A stretch of 64,000 nt of DNA from positions 1-64,000 of the forward strand of contig RHPI01002907.1 in assembly GCA_009103225.1 (NCBI GenBank), written 5' to 3'. Within the stretch, counting starts at the first letter, position 1. The number at the start of each line of letters is the position of its first letter. Both the position numbers and the translations under genes were made by a program. Source of the stretch: Chlorokybus atmophyticus (lineage: Eukaryota; Plantae; Mesostigma and Chlorokybus algae). Below are positions 23,649 to 39,300 of this stretch, in pieces. Under the pieces are notes generated by a model that worked only from the letters and a program-made list of their open reading frames with translations, did not search any database and was not told where the DNA came from.

Positions 23649-25651
23649 ATGCTGCTGACGGATGAAGTCGCCGCCTGCATGGGCAGGGGCAGAGTGTTCA
23701 AAGACAATGTAGGTGAATGTGGTTTGAACGGCTGGTTCCAGTAAACTATTGCCATTGCATATCAAATTGTTTTGCGCGAGAGCATGTGCTGTTTCCTCAC
23801 ATACATTGCTGCTGGGTTTCAACAGACTGGGAGGATCACATCCCTAGACTTCCACAGAACAGAGGACTTTCTTGTCACCACAAGCGAAGACGAGTCCATC
23901 CATCTGTACAACACAGCGTCTGGCAAGTAAGCATGCAGTGAGACGCTCATGATGCAAAAATGACCAGAGTGTGACCCTAGCACAGAGCATGTTTGGTTTG
24001 GTCTCTTGCTGTCATTTTTGCACAAATGGTGCCATAACATTTGTGCAGCAACCAATTGATCCATGCAACGTGCCTCAGGCTGGTCAAGACCGTGTTCAGC
24101 AAAAAGTATGGAGCAGACAACATCCGCTTCACGCACCATTCGAGCTCCGTGATCTGCTCCTCCAAGAACGAATGGGATGGTAAGTGTTGGTGTGGTTCTC
24201 AATCTCAATCTCTACAACGCGCGGGTGTGCATGCATGCACTTCCGTGCATGCACATGCACAGACATGCCCAGACACGCCCACGCACACTCGAACATGCAC
24301 ACGCGCACAAATGCATGCACGCATGCAGGCGCGCACACAAATTCATGCACACGCGCACGAGCGCGAGAGGTGATGAGTGTTTTTGCCTTTGTGCAGAGTC
24401 GTTAAGGTATCTCTCGTTACATGACAACAGATACCTGCGCTACTTCCGAGGCCATCACGGGAGGTATGTGCCGGCAAATGGTCCTTACAGTGCCACTTGA
24501 GTGATCACTTGCAGCGAATGACGGCCCAGGAGTATAGTGAGCCAAGTGCCTAGTTCTGACAAGATCAAATCTTCAGGGTTGTTTCGCTATGCATGAGCCC
24601 GAAGAATGACTCCTTCATGTCGGCCTCCCTCGACAAAACCGTCCGATTGTGGGACTTGCGAACCAACGTGTGCCAAGTACGTGGTATTATCTGAACCTGC
24701 CCTATGAAATACTCTGACAACAAACCACGCTGACCACATTGAGACCGTTGTAGGGTTTGTTGCGCGTGCGAGGGCGGCCCGCAGCTGCGTACGATCAACA
24801 AGGCCTTGTCTTTGCTGTTGCAATGGAGGCTTCCGCTGTGAAGCTGTATGATGTGCGCTCGTTTGACAAGGTAACGGTTGTGACAAACTTTTCATCTCAA
24901 GCGTGCATGTTGTGAAGACGACTTCTCACAGAATACGTTGTGACAGGGGCCTTTTGATACTTTCAATCTGTCGGAGGTGAAGGAAGAGGTTGCGTCCATA
25001 GAGTTCAGCAATGATGGAAAGCTCATGCTTCTCACCACTCTTGACAACCAACATGTGCTTCTTGATGCATACAGCGGTGATATGGTACGTGACAAGTCCA
25101 TAATTATGACCTGCTTTTATTACTTCCCAATATGGTTGATAATATGTGCGTGACTCTGTGTTGGCTTGTGGCAGTTGCAATGCTTTACTTCACCGCCCTC
25201 AGAAGATGGCACGGTTATGCCGGCATCATTCAGCCCCGACGCGCAGTACATTGTTGCTGGTGAGTGCTTGAGGAGCAGTCGACATGCGTGCTGGTTGCTT
25301 GCATATGGCCTAGTGAGCGACATGGTTGTGTTGTAGGCTGCGGCGACAGGAACGTGCGTGTCTGGAACAGCAGCACAGGCACTGAGGTAAGCTCCCTTTC
25401 CAGTGCATTATGATGCAAGTTGTGCATTATGCAAACCACGAACGGTATCTCCATATGCGCCACACATGCATTGTCGTGTGCAGGTTGGGTGCTGGAAGGG
25501 GCATGTTGGGGTGCCAAGCGTGGTCAGGTGGGCTCCTCGTCGCATGCTGGTTGCCAGCGCGTGCTCCGCCTTGGTGCTGTGGATCCCTGACCTTGCCAAG
25601 CTCTCAGAGTTGCAACAACAGCAACAGCAGCAGCAGCCCATGCAAACTTGA
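23649..25651 (+). CDS. WDR82: WD40 protein WDR82/Swd2 (COMPASS / PP1 complex), multi-exon
   Basis: [64 protein letters not shown]. Confidence 0.95.
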
Positions 25652-26870
25652 CACCATAAAACAGCCCTGGTTTGTGAGTGTCATCTGCTTGGTTGGCCTT
25701 GTTCACATCCCCCTATGTAATGAATGCCTTTCCTGGCAGCAAGATGAAGCTCACACTTCCGTTTGCTCCTTTGCCTTTAGGGGAATCTAAAGTACCATTG
25801 AAATGCATGCGATGGTCAGTTGACACAAGCCTCTTTGAGTGTGACAAGTATGTGTTAACATTAATGCTTATTGTATGGTGTATGTTTACGCAACCAAGCA
25901 ACCTTTCCTCATTGAGAATGTGCGCACACGCAAGCAGCTTCTATGCAGTACATGGTATAAGTTAGGGGCGCTTAAAATCCAAAGTCACTTACCATCAAAG
26001 TTTGCAACTTTCATACAATCTGTGCGGTAAGCAACTTAGGCCACACAAGCACTTGCATAGGTTGAACATTTCATCAATTTGATTGGGTGTCTGATGGATA
26101 TGAGCTTCTATTCACGTGAAGAAAAGCTCTAGTACCATTGGATGAATTTTTGTGTTACTCATTGCAAAAAGTGAGGTCTAAACGCATCTTTGCAATTGTG
26201 CTTAATCTTAAGAGTCGTAGGACATATGCTTACGCGAGATCAATGTTTGCACATGTTGCAAGCTCGCGTATGTTTACATGATACCAGTAACATTACACTA
26301 AGCTTTTTTTTCATTATAATTACAATATACTGTTTAACGACGTGGTCCTCAGTAACACCCGCATGTCATTATAACTGACACTTTTTAGTTATACTTGAAT
26401 TGCTTTTAACATGACCTCAAAGGAAACCCAAAAATGTCTGTATAAGAATATATCATTACACATATTCCCATTATATAAAATCATATGTTGATTAAACAAT
26501 TATGTGTAAAGCATGAGCATCAATTGCGGTTGTCTTTATTGATGCACATGATAAAGCCAACCCAAGTGGATGTTTTGGAAGCTACAGCATTGAAAGTTAG
26601 ATTTGGTTGTTGTTTATACTCGTGCAGAAGAATGTTTTACATTATGGCAAAAAACATAAAGTTTCAAATAGTCGTGTTACGTGTCTTAACTATTAATTCA
26701 AAAAAAAAGATAAAGATGATGACAGAGCATCTTAACATGCGCTTGTATAAGGTAATCATCTGTCAATAATGGAGGAATGTATTTCATTTTCAAACTAGGT
26801 GCATCATATTGTTGGCACAATTATTTAAAACAATGTGTGATTGAAGAAGCATCAACCCAAAAATGGGGGG

Positions 26871-27013
26871 NNNNNNNNNNNNNNNNNNNNNNNNNNNNNN
26901 NNNNNNNNNNNNNNNNNNNNNNNNNNNNNNNNNNNNNNNNNNNNNNNNNNNNNNNNNNNNNNNNNNNNNNNNNNNNNNNNNNNNNNNNNNNNNNNNNNNN
27001 NNNNNNNNNNNNN
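26871..27013. other. Assembly gap (N run) in an AT-rich intergenic stretch
   Basis: 143 consecutive N. Confidence 0.99.
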
Positions 27014-27725
27014 GGGAGGGAATGTTGTAAACCAATGCTCAAGTCAACTCAAGCTAGTTGATAAAGTGAAAGCGCTTGTGCAATGGCCTACATGCTTTGA
27101 TTGCACATATTTGATATGAGCATGAAAAGTAATATATCAGTTTTTGAAGTGCAAGCACCTGTATGTCGGCTTGAAGACAATCATTATTTGCCACACGCTA
27201 CTAATAATGTTGATACCATCAAGTTGGTCACCATAAAGATTTCTGCTTTGATGTACTAATCTTTGTGTGCATGTGCGCACGGGGGCGCGCGCGCCTGTGT
27301 GCGTGTGCGTGTACATAAACTAATAGATGGGCGGCATCAGTCTGTTTGTTGGACTGTTGAACTCTGTTTATTGACTGATGCCGCCCACTGTCAGGATAGA
27401 TGTTGGGACATGGTGCTCATACTTCTTCTCAATGGTCGTCAAGTTCATGCATTGGCGTGTTGATGTGCAGGCGCACACACAACCCATACTATTCTGTGTA
27501 CACACACAGGCAGGCACACACGGGCCAGCCAATGCCACAATCAGACCTTTTTACTTTATGAGTGTGACTGCATGCATGCATGCATACTGTGTGCACAGAT
27601 TCATATAATCACCGCACGCACGCACGCGCACACACACAGAGCATTCTGGACCAGGTACTACTGAGCCTTATTCAGTAAATGAATCGTACACTACACTGCC
27701 AAAGAATGACTGATCAATAGCATCA

Positions 27726-30700
27726 TCAATCGACTGTACACAAGAGCGACACGCCTCGCAATATCCACTTGGACGGCGGGTCTTCCGACCTCAGATCAAA
27801 GTTTGCCACAAAGTGTTGTCCCGTGCGCGCCTTCACCCTATACGTCGGGCACGAGTACTGCTGATCCGTGCGTTTGTTCGTCGCCAACACACCCGTGACA
27901 TACAACAACGGTAGCGCACAATACAACTTCTTCGGCTCGGGATCCACGAGTCTGTTCTCCTTTGCATTCCATGCACACCCATCGAGATACAACCCGTACA
28001 CGTACACGCCCTCATTGGGCCCCTCACGCAAGTTCTCCACCTCTTTGGCTGGGAAAGTGACCTCAGATGCCATCACAACATCATCCAAAGCCCACTTCTC
28101 CGCGGCGTGCTTGCGCGCCACCTCTTGCTTCATCGCCGTGAGGAAACCTTGCGGGTTGAAGAAACCCGTGAGCCAAAAGGCTTTGGGTCGACCCGTGTTG
28201 AGCCACCTGTTCAACTGGTCATAACGTTGGAGCAACCCGTTGAACCACACGCCCAACGCGCTCGCATCCCAACTCTTGGCGAGCCACGCTTTGGGTATGC
28301 GTCCATCAAACAACGCATCCAATGCGTCTATGAGAGTCCCACTCAAGGCTATTGTGCCCGCCACAGCCAAGCGCAGGTTCTTTAGGGATTGTGTGCACAT
28401 GTTGATGATGGTGTTGAGACGGTCGGTCTCCTGCTTCAAGTGGACATTGAGGGGAGCGTTGAGACTGCCAGGAAGCTTCTTCAGCTTCTCCTTTGTGTCC
28501 TCCACTTTGAATGGAGGCGGAACCTGCAAGGTAATGTGTACACGCCTTGAGCACATGGATGGCTGTAACCATTATGCTTGCACACCGCACCCTATTCGGC
28601 ATGCACGTGTGCGTCTGTGCGCGCACGCGCATTTGCACACACACGTGTGCATGTGTGTGCGTGTGCGAGGGCGTGGGTGTATGTGCGAGTGCTGCTTCTC
28701 TCACCTTGCTGAGGAGGTCTTCGGCTATCCGGTCAACTGTCTCTTCCCTCGAGAGTCCCGTTGACGAGGACGCATTCTTGGGCTGCGTGTCAATTATAGT
28801 ATTGAGTGTCTGCTGAACCTGCAGCGTTCGGAAGGTGAGGTCCGCGTTGGAATGCAGTCCAAACAGCTCCGGTGACTCTTGTCCGGGTAGTGCATCAATA
28901 TGTGCTCTGATATGCACAATATCAGCATTGCCGGGAGGGACAGTATAACCCGCATGAAGCTCATATCCGGCCACATTGGGTCCCCTCTCAGTCACGCCCG
29001 CGTGGAGGTATTGCTCAGCATACGTGTTCATGAGGAGACGATCATAGTCATCGGTGATACGCCCGCCGTATTGTATCTCCGCCACCATGTATCTGACCGC
29101 AGTCCACGTGATAACGTTGGACCTCTTTGCATCCATCTCATTGAGGTGGTTTTGTAGGAACTGCACGCTGGCGGCTAAGTCCGAGTGGTTGAACTCGTAG
29201 GGTACATTCCAACCGATTGGACCAAACTTGCGTCTCTCTTGCACAACAGAGTGACAGAAACACGCCACGAAGAGTAGTTGACGCCATTCGGGTCTTGGCA
29301 CACCGTCCAACATGTCCTGAGACACCCACGCGTAGCTCGACTTGAGACCCGCGCGTATCCCAACGGGCGCTTCATTAGTCACTTTGATACTCATTTGCAG
29401 CAGTCCAATAGGAAACTTCGGGTGCGGCTCAGCTGTAATCCAGAGCCTAAACTGTTCATGCACGTCCTCGGCCTTGAGTAAGAATTGCTCCACTTCAGCC
29501 AAGTAGCCGAGACCCAAATGTGTGTTTTGCAACAACACCCAGTTGCCTTCTTGGGTGGCTGTGGCCATGTACTTGCGCGCGATCACCTCCTGGCCCTGAC
29601 CCATGCTCACACCCAACACCTTCACCTTCTTGCGCTTAGCCAAGTCCTCGATGAGCTTCGTCGGGTCCGCACCCGCAGATAACAAGCAGATGAGAGGGGT
29701 CTTAGGGCTGGACTCGGCCCACGTAGCCTCCATGTTGAGAGGGATGCTCTCCACATACCTCGCACCAAGAGCTGCACCACAACAACACATCAACATCAAG
29801 TTCACCAACACTATTGATTGTCATCATTCGATTCACTCACCATCAGAGATGAAGTCTGTGGCGGTGATGAGTGTCCTGTCCTCGCGCATGGTACGCACGA
29901 GTAAGAGCCGCTCCCACTTGGCGTTCTTGGTGTTGCCTCCGCCACCGAGGTTGCTCTCAAGGTCGGGCACCTTCGCCGTCTCAGGCGCCTCCTGATCATA
30001 CCTGAAAACAAAATGCATTATTCACCTATATGTTACCTATATGTTACCTATATGTTGGAGACACACGCCCCCACCCACACACACGCCCACACACCATTGT
30101 CTCCACAGTCCGTCGCTTCTCGCTACACTCTCCGGCAGGTCATGGAACGCGTTGATGTGCGCTGAGAGTCCGAGCACGCCCGTCCACACGGCGTCGGGGA
30201 TCCACTCTTTGGGCTTCTTGCGAGGGACGACCGCCATGCCGCCGTCGGATGCGACGGGGATGGAAGCTGCACCCCGCAAGAAGAGAGAGACCTCGCGATC
30301 GGAGATGACCTGATGGAAAGCAGGAGATGTTGGGTCAGCATGTTGTATGGACAAGGAGTTGACAAACACATGCATGCGTGCACACATCCACATGTACAAA
30401 CGCGCATGCACACATCCACATGTGCGCACACACGTGTATGCATGCACACGCCCACGCACACACGCATACACACCTTGGCCGAGACGAGGATGCGCATGGC
30501 GAGCATGAGCGTAAAAGTAATCTTGTGTCGTTCAAACAGCCCCCGCTGTACATACTGATACATCAGGAACGTCATGTACTCTATGATGTTGTTGATGCGT
30601 TTGCTTGGCATGGCCGCCTTATCGGATCGATCAATGGCCGCCTCATACAGCGCATTGAACTGCCTGAGTGACGTTTGATACATCACATTGACTGATGAGA

Positions 30701-33700
30701 ACTCTGCGATGAGAGAGTAGATGAGAGTGGCGCGGTGAGCCACGGGTTTGTACTCCTCACACGCCTCGGTGATTTTTCTCTTAGTGTCATTGGCGTTGTT
30801 GAGCTTCTCATTGACGTCTTGAGCTGTTTGCTTTGTCACCGCCAACACATCAATGAGCTCTGTATCATCCAACAAGTTGCCGGTAGACGTGGATAGCCGA
30901 TACAACAAGTCATCTTCCAACTGTTTGATCTTCTTCTTGTACGTGTTGACATCTTCCAACAACTTCTGTCTCTGCTCTTCCAACTCATGCTTCTCTTTGA
31001 GTATCAACTTGTTGAGTAGTTGGTCCTCAAGTCCAACAGCAGTCACACGGAAGTCAATCACAGCCACCTTTGCAGAAAGCTCCGGCGTGTAGTGCGGGTT
31101 GGGTAAGCGTGTTGTCAAGAAGAGTCTGAATGTGTCGGTGTAGTCCACCTCTTTGCCATCAGCAAGAACAATCTTGAACCCACGCGAACCCGCACGCATG
31201 ATACGCTTCTCCAAGACAGGATCAAGAATAGGGTCAACATCCTCCTCAACATTCTCAATCAATAGTGGCTTCCCGTATGCCAAACAATCCTCCAGATGAC
31301 TCCTGAACTGTTTATCATTGAAGGAAGTAATCTTCAAGTTATTGGCCTCTTCTCTGGCTTTAATCCAAGCCAACCCTTGACCCTGCGGGTCCACTAACAA
31401 AGGCCATCTCTGTGACCTTGTCACAATGATCCCATTCTGGATAGATAAGTCATCCATAGGTAGCCCTTGTAAGGTCCACTCTCCCACTTCAGCGTCTTCA
31501 ACAAGGAAGCGCACCACATCCAACTTGGGTGTGGCAGGTAGGAGTGATTGTCCACCTTGTGATGATGCAGGTAGGAAGTCCTTTGCTAGTAGCGTGTCAC
31601 GAGCCTCTCTATTGAAGGGACCCAAGTATGATGCGAAGGCTGATGCAGCTGCGCAATCAGCAGGGAGTCTATCAATAGTTGTCTCGAACTCTTTGCTCTG
31701 CGCAGTCCAGCGTGTCTCTTCACCCGACAACGCGTGTATCAACGCATTAGCAACATCCATCCTCCTTTGTGTCTTCTCAGCATCATCTTCAAGCCTTTGC
31801 TTCTCCTTCATAGCGCCATCAAACTCAGCTTGCATCTTATCAAGTCTGGCTTGAACCACAGCCATCTTCTCTTCAGCTTCAGCCAGCTGTCTGTTAGCTG
31901 CCTTCAGCTCAGCTTCAGACTCGTGCAGCTTGATGATCTTTGGTTCAACCACTTTGGCCACTTCATGGTAGGTACACATGGCTTTGCACCATGAACATAG
32001 TCCAGCAACGTTGCCGGAGGCCTTTTTGGCGGACTCGTAAGTGAAGTCGGGAGCGGAGAAGTAAGGGAGGAGGAGCTCGACGGTCTCGTCGTTGATGGAC
32101 TCCTTGGGGAAGTGGACGAGAGAACCCAGGAAACTGATCTCGCTCATCATCTGTGCACAATGTGTGGTGAGTGCGTGCGTGCGTGTGCGGGTGTGTGCAT
32201 GGGTGTGCATGCATGAGTGTGGGTGGGAGTCACATGTGTGCGCGTGTGTGTGCGCACACATGTCTGCATGTGTATGTGTCTTTGGGTAAGTGCAAAGTTT
32301 CTCAATTCAGGTACTGAGAGCCCAATGCACACACATCAACAATGACCATGCGTGTTGTTGAAGCCGAATGCACCATCTGTATGCTCAGCTGACCTGCAGC
32401 GCAGTGGAGTACGACGCCTGTATCGTCATGACCCCCTTCACATCCTCATACGCGACTCTATTCAGCGGCCACATCTTCAATATCAAGCACGTATCAAAGA
32501 TCCTCTTCACAATATCCGGCGGGTTCTTCAGCTGCTTCAGCGTCCCGATATCCTTGGCCGTGATGGACGAGAGTGCGGCAACGGCCTCGTCTAAAGCGGG
32601 CTTGGCGGCGGCGAGGTCGCGCTCGGCCTCCTCCTTGGCGGCACCGATGCGGGAAGCCATGGACTTGGCGGAGGCGGTGACCACGGCGACCTTGGCCTTC
32701 TCCTTCTCGGCCACGGCGGTGGAGGCGGAGATCTCCTTGAGGAGGGACTCGGTCACCTGCGTGTCGTAACGGATGTAAGCCCTTGTTGAGACACAACCAC
32801 ACGTGCGCGCGCATAGGCACACGGCCGCAGGCATAGGCACACATGCGCATGCGCACACATGCACATACACACGTGCACGCGCGCGCACACATATGCACGC
32901 TCGTGTGCGCGTCTACGTGCGTGCATATGTGCACACACAGAGACAGAGAAAGCACCAGCGACCCTACCTTCTGTGCTGCTGCGAGTTCCTTGTTCTTCGC
33001 ATCGAGATCAACCGTCATTCTGTTCACATCCGCCTTCGCCTGAAACAATTTCGCCAGTCCCGAATTGATCTTATCCGCGAGCTCTTTGGTCTCCGCATAC
33101 TTCTTCGCATAGAGCACCTTATACCCTCCAATAAAGCTCAGATACGATTTGGGCGTGACGTACACATGTCTCCGATACTTCTCATAATACTCTTTGGTTG
33201 CAGCCGTGACAGCTTCATGTACATGACTCATGTGGTTGATGAGTTCTTCCTTGACTTCACTGTTGGCAACCTGCATGGGGAAGTCGTCCAACAACTTCTG
33301 TGCCACGGCGTGTAACGCATCTCTCGGCCACGGTAGGAACCAATCGATGGTGCATCCGTTGATCAAACCCGGGAACTGCATCGCTCTGCGTGAGAAGCGA
33401 TCCCCAACGGGACTAAAACACAACACGACGTGCAGGTTGTCGCGCACGCGGTTGAGGAAAAACTTGTACAGGTTCTCGTACGTGTCCACCTCGTTGGGAG
33501 CCACTTGCTTCATCACTGGTCTCATGTCATTGACTATCATATCGATCTCATCTTTAGGGAAGAGTCCAGCCACTTCACCCGTCATAAGCATCTGGTTGAT
33601 GTATTCTAAGAAAGACTCTTCTTTCACGTCCGCATCAGTGAAGATGAAAGCAACAGGTTGGCCCTTAAAGCCAGCCACTTTGTACAACCCTTTGATGTCT

Positions 33701-36253
33701 TCCAACAAGTTGGTCACGCCGTACGTCTTTGTGATGGCAATCTGGAACACGTATGCGCCGGCGATGTACGCTGCCAACCGCGTGAGAGATTGTTTACCCG
33801 ACCCGCCCACGCCAACAAGTAGCGCACTCCCTCTCTCCATAGCGAGTATGCGTGATATGCGCATGATGTGGGTGAGCGCATCATGGAAGAGCACCAACTC
33901 GAGGCGTGATGATGTGTTCCCGCCGCTCGGACGCTCGTTATATTTCACTTGCAGAGCTTCAACACGTGTCTTCAAGTCTGATACAGACCCAACAGCTTCA
34001 TAGTGGCTGGGTCTCTCATCAATAACAACACCTTCCGCATCCACGACGGGTTCACGCAAGAAGTCCACAAAGTGAACAGACTCATCTCCAGCAATCTGTC
34101 CTGCCAATTCAGCTCCGTACGCCTCTTTGCACAAACTCATGATAGTGTTTGTGACCCACAGCTTGTCTTCGGGTGTTGTCAACTTATCCGCAAACACGCG
34201 CTCGCACTCGTGTCGCCACAATGCGAGTAAGTAGCCCTCGGGTGAGGTCACGGGCGTGTTGGGGACACCAACACTTGATGTTGGGGCCTTGTTGTTGAAG
34301 CGGTCGGGCTCGGCGAGGATAACACCCTGAAAGACACGCGACAAGTCGCGCATGTTGAAGAGGTAGTGAAACTTGGCTGGAGTGGGCAACATCTTTGCAG
34401 CCACCTGCACATTGTTACAGTTGGTTAGTTGGTGGTAGCGATACTGGAACACCGTTATACCATGACTTTGTGCAATGTTAGTGTTGCTGTGTGCCATAGT
34501 GTTACTGTGAGGTGTCACTTGCACACCATACAGTGACACTATGTGTGTGGTGTGCAAGTAACAGTATTGCACTATTGCATACCGCACATGCACAAATGGT
34601 GCCTGATGCAATATTTATCACATGGAGGGGTGTCGTGTGTGTGTGCGTGCGTGCGTGTGTACGTGTGTGTGGTGTCATTGTAACACTACTCACCTTATTC
34701 CAGAGTGTGATTGTGGTGGGCACCAGTTTCTGCGCCACATTGACCAATCCCTCTCCAAACTTCTCTCTCTCAAACCTCCCTTCCATCAGTGCTCCGAACA
34801 CATTGTGTATGGCGGCGTTGGACGGCAGCGGCACGCTCCAGATGGCGAACTGGCGCTTCAGTCGGTTGGGGACGTCGTTCTTGCCGCCGCCGGGGGCGTT
34901 CATGGCAGAGAGGTAGCGGACGTCCACGATGTTCTTGAACTCGCCGGGCTTGTCGAGGTTGTAGAAACCGCCCTGAAAGAAGCAGTCAGTGTGTGCACGT
35001 GTGCGTGCAGGCGCGTGTGCGCGCATGCATGTGTGAAAGCACGCGTGTTCGTTCTTTAGCAATGTATGCATATGCACGTCTGCTTACGCAAGTGCCATTG
35101 TACATGTACATGTGTGCGTGTGGGTATGTTGGCACGCGAGTGCCTGTGTATGCTTCATTGACACAACACCCAACTGACGCACAATCACACATGCCTTTCC
35201 TTTCTCTCGTCCCCACCCACACCCACCTGATCCAGCAGCTGCCTCACGATCTCATTCGTCACTTGATCTCCCCACTCATTGATCGCCGGCATCGATATAT
35301 CATCAATGAACACATTCATCCTCTTCCCTCCCGGCGGTCCGAACGTCCGACCCTGCCGCTTCTCCATCGCGGCCTCGATACCGCTCTGGAAGATACGGGG
35401 AGTCGTCAAAGAACTAAAAGTGATCGTCTTGGTGGAAACCTCGTCGGGATTGACCTTGGCGAGGAATTGCATCACGGTGGCGGTCTTGGCAGTTCCTGTG
35501 GACACAGATACACGCATACGCATCAACATGAGTGTGCATCGTGGCATCTATGACAGAGTGTGATGCACACGCACACGCTCACACACACACGCGCGCGCGC
35601 ACTCGCACACGCACACGCACACATATGCATGCGTGCGCACACATGCACATGCACACATGTGCGCGCGGGCGCGCACGCAGTAGCAAGCGTGCTAGTGAGA
35701 CACAACATCACACAACAGTACCATCTCAGACACACATACAGAGTGGGATAGTTACCCGGGCCTCCAACAAGTAGTGCTCCTTTGTTCGACAGTGACGCCA
35801 GCGTGAGTAAAAACTCATACCGAACCGAGTCCAGTGTCGGTATCAGCATCGACGCAAACTTGGGTCTCTCTTGCGCTCTCGGGTACTCCCACTCCGGCAC
35901 TCTCTCCTTCCAATGTTGCCACGCCGTGGTCTCGTCGTTCACAACGTACTCATACATCGTCTCTGAGTTGTTGTCTGCGTCAAGCTCGGGCATGTTGTCG
36001 GGTGCGAGGCCACGCAAGTGAGAGTCGAAGCGGGAACGGTCCTCGCCGGGGAGTAAAGCGCCGATGGACCACGCCACGCAGAAGAGGAACACGCGCTCGT
36101 AGTGACCATCGCCCAACAATTCACCACCCTTGACGACGGTCTCAAGACACGCCGTCAACAATGTCAACAGTGTGGACACCTGGTAGAGATACAACATGTT
36201 GGGTCAGTTTGCACAGATACACGTACAGATACAACTCTTAGATACACAACATG

Positions 36254-36307
<54 letters not shown>

Positions 36308-39300
36308 GTGTGCTTGCCTGGCATACGTCCTCTGTCAACATGATGTTCTTGCAGTTCATCTTTGTGAAGTCCAGAGCGGATGCCACAAACTTGTCGAAGC
36401 ACGGCCTTAGCAGCGCTGCCTCGGCAGGCCTAAACAACACGACATAAGCAAAAGTCAAACAAAGGTCACCTCCTGCATGTGGACATGTTGTGTCATGATC
36501 AACATGTTGCTTCTCACCTTCGTGTCTCAAGCCAAGACTGTGCAACAGGTTTCCACCCGAGCTCACTCTCCGACACATATATGATGCCCGCTCGTGACAC
36601 GGTTGCCGGCGATGCATTTGACAAGTTCTCCGGCTCGAATATCGCCTTCATCGCCGATATCATCGGTATGCGGTCTCCATTCGCCAGCGTGAGCACCTTA
36701 TTGTCATCAAGAACAGTATTCAAGTTCTCGATCCAGATCGCATCAACGGGTCCATCGAGCACGATCCACGTGTTCTGGTTTCTGGACTTGGCTGCTTTTC
36801 TCCACAACACGGCGAACACGCCATCGGTCCAGTCTCCCGTGACTGAGTCCAACTTGCCGAACATTTGTGGGGCGGTGAGGGCCTTCGGGTTCATGCGCCA
36901 CACGACGTGCTTGCCTTGACCGGCGTCGCCCAATGCAGAAGCGAGACACTCGATGATGGCGGTCTTGCCGGAACCGGCGGGACCGACCAACATGATGCCG
37001 TGACGAACCTAAGCACAACACATATGCATAAGCACCAAGCTACCATTGGTTGTGCACAGTGTCATGGGTTCTGATGCTAGTGCCAACAGCATGTGTGTCT
37101 GTGTATGTGTGCACGCGCGCGCACGCGTGTGTGGGTGGTTGGGTGAGCATGCAAACATGCGCGTGTGCGTGTGTTGATGTGTGTGCGTGTGCTTGCATCC
37201 TAGCACAGTGGCACCTCGCAGAGAATACTTACTTGGTAGGTTTCATAGAGTTGGACGCATTTGCCAAGCCATGACGGGTGTGCCTGTAGTCCTCTATCCT
37301 TGACTTGTTTCAACAAGGCAGCCTCAACATCAGGAAACGTTGCCTTGTCCGCCTTAATACTCGGGAAGAGATCATCAATGAGAGACAGGAAGAGTGGCAC
37401 ATCCTCAGCAACAAACTTGGATAGGTTCATGTCACGCAGCGTTCGCATGATGAGGAAAGTCTCAGACCTATCCGGGTTCTTACGCTTCTGTCCACCCGCC
37501 GCACGCAAAACTGAGAGAATGTTTCTCAACCCAAAGTCGTAGTGTGGTTGTTTGGACAGCTGCTGTTCACACAGAGCGTACAACACGTTGAACTTCTTCG
37601 CCAACAACTCGTTCTCCTGGTACCCGCACGCTGCCAGCTTCACCTTCATGATGATCTGCCTGTTGGGAACCATCATAGTCACACCTCTGAATAGACTCTT
37701 GAGGTTTTCTGGCAACTCTTGTCGACCCGCATAACCCGGGTTCATTGTAATAAAGAACCCAACACGCGGGTCCATCGCCGTTGTGGTCCCGTCCGTGAAC
37801 ACGAAAGAGGTGCGTCTATCGCGTATAGCCGACAGGATGCAGAATAGTTGCTGGGCGCACACGGACAACACGTCGAGGTTGATGCGGTTGAACTCATCAA
37901 AACAACCCCACAGGCCACTCTGCGCCAACCCTTTGTATATCTTCCCCATACCCTTGTAATCCATCTGGTCCGAGCAGTTGAACACCACAACAAATTTACC
38001 CAACGTGGACCCGAGGTCCTTTGTTGTCTCGGTTTTACCCGTGCCAGCGGGACCCGCGGGTGCGCCACCCAGATACATCCCAAGTGCTTGTGACAGCGTA
38101 ACATAGCACCTATCTGTTAAAGGCGTGATGACGAGTCGTTCCTTGACACCTAAGTACTCGTAGCTGTACTCGAAGTCCACATCGGCGATGGATATAATGA
38201 CGGTGCTTCTCTCCTCTCTCCAATAAAACCGACACTGTTTCAACCACTCGAAGTCTGTTGGTTCCCTCACCTTCTTCTTGACCAACTCTTCAAACGTGTC
38301 ACGCTGATGCACGTGGACGGTCACGACTGTCTCCACGTTGGTGCGGTCATTGCGTGACAACTCGCGTGTGGTCAAAGCCACTAAAGACCTCAACAACCCA
38401 TCCACCTTCTTCATAGTCTTGGCCATGATGCCTTTATCAGTCTTGGCGCCAGCTAAAGCCAGCTGTGCATCAGCAGTCCATTGGAATTGTATACCCAACA
38501 AAGCCACTTGCGCCGGGTATTTAAACAAAAAGTCCTCTACGGGGATTGCATTAACCTCCCCGTGTGCACGCTTGATCACACTCTTCACAGTAGTTTGCAT
38601 CTGATCCACCATCTTCTTCAACCAGTCTTCAATGTTGCCTTGCGCTTGCACAGGTGACTCGAAGGCCACCTTCTCACCCTGTACAGAGTGCATCTCTGTC
38701 ATCTTAGTCTTGTCTGTCTTATCAAAAGTCACCGCTGATACAGCGTCAAACAATCCCGATTGGAAATGTGGTTGTACGGCTTGCGGGTCGGACCCGAGAG
38801 AGAGTATCTCCAACAATGTTGGGTCTGATACAAAGTAGAAGCGCGGAAAGTCGGCCCGCTTAGTCTCAAGATAGGCCGATAAACTCTTCTGGCATAGCTC
38901 GAGTTGTTCGATAAGGTGTGGGAGTAGATTCTTCATGAGCTCGTTGCCGTAGCACGTTTGGACCACATTGCGGACTTCAAAGGCACTCGTGACGATCTTC
39001 ATGTAGTTCTTGTCGATGTTCTGGAAGCGTTTGGCCTCCGCGGGGAGTTGTTTTGCAATGTCGCCGCCGGAGAATACGGCCTCCATGTACATCCACATGT
39101 TCTGGACCTGGAGCCACATCTCAATGATCTCACCGACGGTGGAGAGACGAACGATCCAACCGTTCACATCATCACGGAAGGGAGCCGAGAACCTGCAGAA
39201 AATATTTGTGAACACATGAACTATATAAACCTACAGCGGGCACAACAAAGTCCATAGTTGCAACATCATGCGCACGCGCACACACACGCACGCGCACACG

